A stretch of 64,000 bases of DNA from a virus (lineage: Duplodnaviria; Caudoviricetes). Positions 57,042-64,000 of the stretch are shown piece after piece; positions within the stretch are counted from its first letter, which is position 1, and the number at the start of each line of letters is the position of its first letter. The notes beneath the pieces are model-generated. The model ran no database searches, was not told the origin of the DNA, and saw nothing but the letters and a program-made list of their open reading frames with translations. A program made the translations under genes and the position numbers. The stretch is from positions 11,366 through 75,365 of IMG/VR virus record IMGVR_UViG_3300021426_000086, one strand, 5' to 3'.

Positions 57042-57605
57042 TTAAAATGTTGCTACTAACCAATGATGTTTCTCGTCGTGTTGTTTGGCCGTGTTGGCCT
57101 CAGTCAGGGTAGCGCACACGCCCACGCAAATGGTGCCCGTGGCTGCATCCACTATATGATAGGGATAGTCAGGATCGCCCGTGTTAACTATCTGTAAGCG
57201 CTGCTGGGGGCCGGTAACTACAAGCACGGGCGATGCTTTACCACTCCAGAATATTTCGCGGTCGCGCTTGTAGGCGGCACGCTCGGTGGCGTGGGTGCTA
57301 TCATATTGGGGTGTGGTCCACTCCAGCTTGTTTGTTTCCTTATTGCGTTCCAGGCGTGTAGTAAACACGTGGTATTGGTTCTTACCCGTGCTGGGGGCTG
57401 CTGACACATGATCGAAACATACTGACTGCAAGAACATGCAGCCACGGCGTATTTCGGCTGTTGTGCCCTTGTAAGTATTGATGTAGGCGTACCAGATAGT
57501 TTTCACACCACTAAGTATTTTCTTATCCTCGATGATAGCGGCGTGCTGCTCGCCCTTATTTTCTATCATATAAATCTCGTGCAGCTGTATTTCCTCGTAT
57601 TTCAT
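57042..57605 (-). CDS. hypothetical early protein
   Basis: 187-aa ORF. Confidence 0.65.
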   Translation of the reverse strand: MKYEEIQLHEIYMIENKGEQHAAIIEDKKILSGVKTIWYAYINTYKGTTAEIRRGCMFLQSVCFDHVSAAPSTGKNQYHVFTTRLERNKETNKLEWTTPQYDSTHATERAAYKRDREIFWSGKASPVLVVTGPQQRLQIVNTGDPDYPYHIVDAATGTICVGVCATLTEANTAKQHDEKHHWLVATF

Positions 57606-57650
57606 ATCTATAAACGTTTAAATTGTTATTACTCTAATTAATTTCCGATA

Positions 57651-58559
57651 CTATAACGCGGCGTATATTGCGCGGCTGATAGGCTGCCGGTGCTCAGTGT
57701 TCGACATCCAGCCCCCAGGATGATTAAAATGTTTCTCAATATTGCCCTGATAGCGCTTATGTATAGCGCACACGCGATCAATACGGGCTGTAAGCTCGTT
57801 GCGGTAACAATTGCGCTCTGCATCCCAATCGGCAATTGCAAGTGTATCAAATATTCTGTTCCACTGTGCATAAAGATCGGCGCTTGATTTAGCCGTTTGC
57901 TTGCGCTTATTCCAGCCCACGGGCATACATGCAGCCGTGGCAATACAGTGGGCACCCTCGGCCAAACATTTATCCAGATAGGCGCTTTCCTCGGCGGCGC
58001 TGGGGCTGATATACTCAGTACCGTTCAGGCGCGATTTGTGGATCTTGAATATAGTGTGCTCGTTACTACGGCTGTTTCGGCAGAATGATAGCTGATAAAT
58101 GCCGTTGTGCTGCAATACGTAGGCGCTAACCGATGCAGTCTTTTTAAATGCAAGTGCAGCAAGCGACATGCCCGAAGCGTAGTCCTCGGCTTGTTGCTGG
58201 GTACACCAACAACCGGCTGTGATAAACTTTACCAAATCGCGGCCAACGTACAGCGCAAAAGCGTAACACTTGCGGCCCGTTTTAGCCTCGATAACATCGC
58301 TTTCAGGATCCAGCGCTGGCGCTGCATCATCCTTTAACCATGATACACTACAAATATAATCGCAGATCTCAGGATTATAGTTTTCGTGGCTGATATAATC
58401 GCACAGTGCGCTTATAACATCGGCCTCAGTCCCAGCATCCAACGCACGGGCTACAGCCATATAGTCTGGGTTATCTGTATAGTCCTGAACGTAATCGTAC
58501 AGATTGCGTGCCACATACTTATCGCCGTCTTTGCGGTCTAAAATCAAATCTATCAACAT
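57651..58559 (-). CDS. hypothetical early protein, probably multi-domain
   Basis: 302 aa; acidic N-terminal domain MLIDLILDRKDG...ALCDYI...YNPEI..YI.SVSWL. Confidence 0.65.
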   Translation of the reverse strand: MLIDLILDRKDGDKYVARNLYDYVQDYTDNPDYMAVARALDAGTEADVISALCDYISHENYNPEICDYICSVSWLKDDAAPALDPESDVIEAKTGRKCYAFALYVGRDLVKFITAGCWCTQQQAEDYASGMSLAALAFKKTASVSAYVLQHNGIYQLSFCRNSRSNEHTIFKIHKSRLNGTEYISPSAAEESAYLDKCLAEGAHCIATAACMPVGWNKRKQTAKSSADLYAQWNRIFDTLAIADWDAERNCYRNELTARIDRVCAIHKRYQGNIEKHFNHPGGWMSNTEHRQPISRAIYAAL

Positions 58560-58624
58560 AATCGTAAATTTTTAAATTGTAAAATCCTTAATTTCTCAGC
58601 TATTCTATAACGTAGGGGGCGGGC

Positions 58625-58978
58625 CTAATTCAGGGCGCGGCAATTGTCGATGATCTTTTGTTCCCAGCCGTCGGACACTTTACTTTGATGCGTGGTTAAA
58701 AACTCTATCAACCCAGCGGCACCCGATCGGGCCTGAATTTGTGTGCGCTGTATCTTTATAGCCCACTCAAAATTATCTTTCACGCTATAAACGCGCCCGT
58801 TCAGGCTGATATAGGCATTATCCACGCTTGCGGCGTATTGATACTCAGTTACTGTTTGGCCGTTGGCAACGTGCCGTATTTGGCCCCCAGGCTGGGGCAC
58901 TTGCAGCCACACTGTTTTAACCACGCGGCGCGTTTGGGCATCCTGAAAGCGGATGCAGCTTGTATTTACATTTTTCAT
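58625..58978 (-). CDS. hypothetical protein
   Basis: 117-aa ORF. Confidence 0.6.
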   Translation of the reverse strand: MKNVNTSCIRFQDAQTRRVVKTVWLQVPQPGGQIRHVANGQTVTEYQYAASVDNAYISLNGRVYSVKDNFEWAIKIQRTQIQARSGAAGLIEFLTTHQSKVSDGWEQKIIDNCRALN

Positions 58979-58991
58979 ATTTCCTCAGTTT

Positions 58992-59399
58992 TTAAACATT
59001 TCTATAATATACGTTTATCTGCGTTTCGGGGCTGTTTTCAAGCACGGCGGCACGCACGGCGGGCAAAAGCGCTTTCATGCTGGGGCGCAATACTATATTA
59101 GTAATAACAGCAGCAGCCACGCCCACGGCCAAATCTGTTTCGCTATACAGCACGGGGCAAATTTCGTAAATAGCGGGATCGTTCAGCCCTAAAATATCAT
59201 CATCCAGGGCGCCGGCGTTCAGGCCGTCGAGAAACTGCGTTTGCTGTTCCTCAGCCGTGGCCGTGTGCAAACTTTCATCAATTGTATTTTCAAAAAAGTA
59301 ATACATCGACGCGCACAGCTGGGCCGTGGCCTGATCGTAAATGCTAAAATCAACGGTAAACATAACACTAACTATTTTATGATTTTCAAATTTCCTCAA
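58992..59399 (-). CDS. hypothetical protein
   Basis: 135-aa ORF. Confidence 0.6.
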   Translation of the reverse strand: MRKFENHKIVSVMFTVDFSIYDQATAQLCASMYYFFENTIDESLHTATAEEQQTQFLDGLNAGALDDDILGLNDPAIYEICPVLYSETDLAVGVAAAVITNIVLRPSMKALLPAVRAAVLENSPETQINVYYRNV

Positions 59400-59432
59400 T
59401 TTCCCAGATACGCTATAACGTAGTAAATAGCG

Positions 59433-62402
59433 CTAAAATGCAATATATAGGGCTAAAACAGCGGCGGCGGGGCCCACGGATGCAGCAGCAGCCACGGCGG
59501 GCACACTAACAGCCCCAGGCGCGGGCGCCGGTACACTATCAGCGGGCACGTTATCGGCTGGGGCGCTTTCAGGATCAGCGGCGGGCGCTGCATCATCCCC
59601 AGGCGTGGGCACGCTATCAGATACGGCGCCGTTTGTTTCTGGGGCGCTTTCAGTATCGACGGCGGGCAAACTATCAGCGGCCACGCTATCAGCAGCCACG
59701 GGCAAAGATACGGCGCCGTTTATGCTATCAGCAGCCACGGCGGGCACGTTATCAGCTGCACACGTTTTCACACTATCAGCAGCAGCCACGGCCACGGCTG
59801 GGGCACCCTGAACGGATGCAGCAGCACGGCGGGCACGTTTGGCGCGTTTCTGGGGCGCTGGGGCGCTTGTTTTCTCAGCAGCGGGCAAACTATCAGCGGC
59901 CACGCTTTCAGCATCCACGGGGCAAAATACGGCCACGTTTTCAGGATCAGCGGCGGGCGCTGCATCATCATCCCAGGCGGGCACGCTATCAGATACGGCC
60001 ACGTTAACAGCTGGGGCGCTATTTCGGGGCGCGTCTATTATATAAGTTTTAACAGCACGCGGCGCGGCGGCCAAAATCAGCAGCACGGCAAAAAACGCGG
60101 CAATTTGGAAAACACGGCGGGCACGTTCCGCGAAATTTGCAGCTATCAGCAGCGCGGGCGCTGCATCATCATCCCCAGGCGTGGGCACGTTATCAGCAGT
60201 AGCGGGCACGTTATCGGCTGGGGCTGCATTATCATCCCCACGGCCAAACGTGCGCGTTTCTGGGGCGCTGTTTGGATCATCCACGGGCACGGCGTCAAGC
60301 GTGCGGCCCGGTACAAATAGGCTATTAATTATCATATCATCGGCCACGGCGCGGCTAAATACTATATTTATAAGTTTTTCGGCCTGATAAATAGCGTACC
60401 AAGTATTTTTAGCACTAACAGCCACGGGCAAAGATACGGCCACGGCTGGGGCGCTATCAGCTGCACACGTGGGCACGCTTTCAGGATCAGCGGCGGGCGC
60501 TGCATCATCATCCCCAGGCGTGGGCGCTGGGGCGTTTTCCTGATTAATCCACGAAAACGAAACGTTAACGCACAAATAATCTTTTATTTCTTTTTCATAT
60601 CGGCCTATTAATCGATCAAAAAGAAATATTTCACCGAAAATCAATTTAACGCCGTGCGCTAAAAGATACGTGTAATTTTCGTTAACGTCGATTTCTTTAT
60701 AAAAACACGTGCAATATATTTGTAAGTTTTTCCACGTTTCGACGTCAAGCGGGCACCCAGCGGGCACGCTTTCAGATACGGCGGGCACGTTATCAGCTGG
60801 GGCGCTTGTTTCTGCATCCTCAGCAGCAGCAGCGGCGCGGGCTGCATCCTCAGCGGCGGCGCGATCTTTTATAAATTTCTCAGCATCGGCACCAAACAGC
60901 ACGGGCACGGCTGGGGCTGTTTCGTTTTCGTCTATTTCGGCCACGTCGGCACGATCAGCAGCAGCCACGGCAAACAGCACGCCGGCACGGTTTATAAATC
61001 GGCCGTTTAATTCGTCAAAATATATATTATTTCGCTGCAAATAAGCGCGGCCAAAAATTTGTCTGAAAGATCCGCTAAATTTGTGCCCCCAATAATAGGC
61101 GCACAAAACGCCGTTAACAGCTGTTTTAATATCATCATCAACGGCGGGCACAAAATCGGCTGTTAGTATTTCCACCTTTGCAGCAGGCGGGCAAACGTTA
61201 ACAGCTGGGGCGCTATTCTGGGGCGCGTCGGCTACATCCTGAACGGATGCAAGCGCGGCGGGCGTGTTTTCAGCGTCAAGCGCGGCAAATTTGGCCACGT
61301 CAACGGCTGGGCGTGTCTCAGCATCCGCAGAAATAACTGGAAATTTTATATCATCATCGCATAACGGCATTAATAAAGAAATAACGTTATCAGCAGCAAA
61401 CAGCAAACAGCCGGCACCACTTTTAAACGGGTGTAAATATAAACTATCAACGGCCACGGGCACGGCTGCAAAACGTTTAGCCATGATTAAAACGTGAAAA
61501 TCAAACGTTAACGGCTGGGGCACGTCAACATTTATTTTTAATTCTTTATTAAAATCAATATCGACGGCGCAAACAGTTATATATTTTTCGCCGGCCACGC
61601 CTGAAAGTGAAACGTGCCCCAAACAGTGATTTTTGGCCACGGTTGCAACCGTTTTTTGTAGGCGCTTAAATACGTCAACGCCCAAATATATTTTGCAGCT
61701 TTCAGCCACGGCGGGCGCTACGCTTTCCCAATTTGGAAAACGTAGATCAGCACGGGCCGCGCACGTTTGGCCGTTGATAGTGCAATTTCCGGCCGTGTCA
61801 ATTGTAAGCGTACCTTTGCCCGTTTTTACTAAATCGGCGTTTATAATATAATGTTTTTCAGCATCCCCAGAAACAAACATATTTGGAACGGCCACGGCGT
61901 TTAATATATGGCCGTCGGATGCAACCACGGCGCGGCGCTGAGTATCTACGCAAATATTTGCATACGTGGGGCGTAATTCAATTTCTTTTTTATCAGTGAT
62001 ACGCGCTTTTATTACATCCTTAAAAACGGCGTTAAGATCGAAACGCACGGCCACGGATGCAGCAGCAGCGGCGCGGATAAATTTGGCACGGCGGGCCGTG
62101 GGCACGCCCCAGGCCGTTTCTATCTGTGATAAAGTACTAAATACGTCGCCGGCTAAAAAACTGCATTTGTAGCCGTCGAAAGATACGCGGATAACATCCG
62201 ATCCGTCAAAATCTGGGGCAAACAGCTGGGGCGCTTTTTCTGCATCATCATCCCCAGGCGCGGGCGCGTTTGCTGCATCCTTACAGATAATAGCGTGCAA
62301 TTCTTTCGCGCTATATTTGCCGGCGTTCACGTTCATTTTATCAAATACATTTTGCGCGGCGCTTGCAATTGCCTGATATATTATAAAATCTTTTGTTTCC
62401 AT
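59433..62402 (-). CDS. 989-aa protein: beta-clamp-like N-terminal region, TM helix and Ala/Asp/Pro-rich repeats
   Basis: ELRPTYANI, VVASDGHIL, RFPNWESVAP, LLMPL; QIAAFFAVLLILAAAP; many AADSVP/GDDDAAPA repeats. Confidence 0.65.
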   Translation of the reverse strand: METKDFIIYQAIASAAQNVFDKMNVNAGKYSAKELHAIICKDAANAPAPGDDDAEKAPQLFAPDFDGSDVIRVSFDGYKCSFLAGDVFSTLSQIETAWGVPTARRAKFIRAAAAASVAVRFDLNAVFKDVIKARITDKKEIELRPTYANICVDTQRRAVVASDGHILNAVAVPNMFVSGDAEKHYIINADLVKTGKGTLTIDTAGNCTINGQTCAARADLRFPNWESVAPAVAESCKIYLGVDVFKRLQKTVATVAKNHCLGHVSLSGVAGEKYITVCAVDIDFNKELKINVDVPQPLTFDFHVLIMAKRFAAVPVAVDSLYLHPFKSGAGCLLFAADNVISLLMPLCDDDIKFPVISADAETRPAVDVAKFAALDAENTPAALASVQDVADAPQNSAPAVNVCPPAAKVEILTADFVPAVDDDIKTAVNGVLCAYYWGHKFSGSFRQIFGRAYLQRNNIYFDELNGRFINRAGVLFAVAAADRADVAEIDENETAPAVPVLFGADAEKFIKDRAAAEDAARAAAAAEDAETSAPADNVPAVSESVPAGCPLDVETWKNLQIYCTCFYKEIDVNENYTYLLAHGVKLIFGEIFLFDRLIGRYEKEIKDYLCVNVSFSWINQENAPAPTPGDDDAAPAADPESVPTCAADSAPAVAVSLPVAVSAKNTWYAIYQAEKLINIVFSRAVADDMIINSLFVPGRTLDAVPVDDPNSAPETRTFGRGDDNAAPADNVPATADNVPTPGDDDAAPALLIAANFAERARRVFQIAAFFAVLLILAAAPRAVKTYIIDAPRNSAPAVNVAVSDSVPAWDDDAAPAADPENVAVFCPVDAESVAADSLPAAEKTSAPAPQKRAKRARRAAASVQGAPAVAVAAADSVKTCAADNVPAVAADSINGAVSLPVAADSVAADSLPAVDTESAPETNGAVSDSVPTPGDDAAPAADPESAPADNVPADSVPAPAPGAVSVPAVAAAASVGPAAAVLALYIAF

Positions 62403-62489
62403 ATCTTTTTATATTAAATTGTTTGTTACTGTTTATATCTTAAAAGCTGGGGCGCTGCATCCTATCAGCAGCCCCAGCCGTGGGCGTTT

Positions 62490-62846
62490 TTATTTAACTT
62501 TTTGCCCCAGCTCAGCGGCGGCGTGTTCATTTGTCGTAGTCCAATAAACATAATCCCAGGCCGTTCCGTAGTGATCGACGCATAAAATATAATGGTCTAA
62601 AAGATCAGAATAAGAAAATTTAAGATTAAATTCTTTTTCAAGATATTCGACGTCGGCGTCGCTTGCATCCGTGATAAACCACTGAAATATTTCGCGATAT
62701 TCGCCCGTTTCTTCATCCTCGATATTAAAACGCATGTTATCGAAAACGCTGGGGTCTATTTCGCAAATATTATTCTGCAAAATATAATTGTTATTGCACC
62801 AATTAACAGCAACGGCATAATTTGTATTATAAACTTTTGTTTTCAT
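62490..62846 (-). CDS. acidic hypothetical phage protein
   Basis: 118 aa; EIFQWFI...YSDLLDHYILCVDHYGTAWDYV. Confidence 0.65.
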   Translation of the reverse strand: MKTKVYNTNYAVAVNWCNNNYILQNNICEIDPSVFDNMRFNIEDEETGEYREIFQWFITDASDADVEYLEKEFNLKFSYSDLLDHYILCVDHYGTAWDYVYWTTTNEHAAAELGQKVK

Positions 62847-63087
62847 ATCATTTAATTATTAAATTGTTATATACTTGTTTTTTCTGCATCCTGAACGGCC
62901 CCAGGCTGGGGCGCGTTCACGTTTAGGCGTTTTTAATTGTAACTTTTGACACGTTGCAACCGTTAACTAACAGATCATTAATAATTTGCGCGGGCTGATC
63001 GGTTAAAAGCTCAGCGATCCCAGCACCCAGGCAAAAAGATAAAAGAAATACTTTTGTTTTCATATCTGCAAACGTTTTAAGTTATTA

Positions 63088-63351
63088 TTAAATTCTGTTT
63101 GAATATAGAATATTTTCGCCGGTGATTTTCCACGCGGCCCAGATCAGAAACGCGCCCCCGCCGTAAATCATCATGCAGCCAACAAACAGCCAAAAAAGAT
63201 CCGCGAACGTTGGCACGGCGTTTGTAAAAACGGGCACGCCGTTAACGCCTAAAAGTGACAAACTAAAAGCGCCGGCGGCGGCCACTGTTACTAATACAAT
63301 AAAAGCGGAAATAATACCGTTTTCAATGTTGATTTGTTTTTTCTGTTTCAT
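63088..63351 (-). CDS. small membrane protein (2 TM helices)
   Basis: 87 aa, hydrophobic. Confidence 0.6.
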   Translation of the reverse strand: MKQKKQINIENGIISAFIVLVTVAAAGAFSLSLLGVNGVPVFTNAVPTFADLFWLFVGCMMIYGGGAFLIWAAWKITGENILYSNRI

Positions 63352-63635
63352 ATCTTTAATATTTTTAAATTGTTTATTTGCTGCAAAGATAGATTATATT
63401 TTCCAAACTTGCAAATAAAATAGATTAAAATAAACAATTATTTGCATTAAAAGCTATTATTTAAACTATTTTAGTATTATAAAAGCGTTTAAACGTACTT
63501 TTTAGCCTATCAGCAGCCACACGGCGGGCGCTGCATCCTATCAGCAGCCCCAGCCGTGCCCGTGGGGCCTATCAGCTGCACACGTGCCCACGTTCCACAC
63601 GTTTACACCTATTATATATATATATTATATACGCG

Positions 63636-64000
63636 GGCACGCTATCAGCTGCACACGGATGCAGCAGCGCCCACGCCTGGGGATCAGTCAGCAGCGCCGG
63701 CGCTGCATCATCATCCCCAGCGGGCAAACTGTTAACAGCTGCACACGTGGGCACCCGTCGGAACGTTGGCACGCTTTCAGGATCGGGGCACACTATCAGC
63801 AGCGGGCACGTTATCGCCTGGGGCGCTGAGCTCAACACGTTGGCACGCTATCAGCTGCACACGGATGCAGCAGCGCCCACGCCTGGGGATCTATCAGCAG
63901 CGCCGGCGCTGCATCATCATCCCCAGCGGGCAAACTGTTAACAGCTGCACACGTGGGCACCCGTCGGAACGTTGGCACGCTTTCAGGATCGGGGCACACT
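63636..64000. repeat. direct repeat of at least 159 bp with a 206-bp period, cut by the window edge
   Basis: 63636-63794 vs 63842-64000, 2 mismatches. Confidence 0.85.

Noticed and set aside
56747-57658. CRISPR repeats
   Set aside because: Only two good copies, about 830 bp apart, with whole genes between them.

Overview
This window is about 64 kb of a temperate Bacteroidales (Prevotella-like) phage or phage-plasmid. Most genes are on the minus strand, and promoters are of the Bacteroidetes TAnnTTTG type. Left to right it contains: (1) a complete diversity-generating retroelement (RT, template repeat, MutS-I-like accessory gene and a tail-fibre target whose VR differs from TR at 14 positions, all TR adenines); (2) a tail-gene block; (3) a replication block (SSB-like, beta-clamp, DnaC-like ATPase, initiator) with an acyl carrier protein gene; (4) many small accessory genes and an SF2 helicase; (5) a repressor / putative attP / tyrosine integrase module; (6) lysis genes; (7) a C5 DNA methyltransferase locus; (8) a Rep_3 + ParA + RHH plasmid replicon and a truncated NAD-dependent ligase; (9) a repeat-rich block of probable early genes. 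No capsid, portal or terminase genes are recognisable here. The standout is 45651-49645: a circularly permuted C5-MTase core surrounded by 15 short TRD-like cassettes. These are chained by a conserved GA(G/A)TATGA stop/start junction and carry 13 G/C homopolymers of 7-10 nt (4 in frame, 9 out of frame). This looks like a combinatorial, phase-variable, multispecific methyltransferase. All product calls come from motif recognition by eye; no database searches were run.
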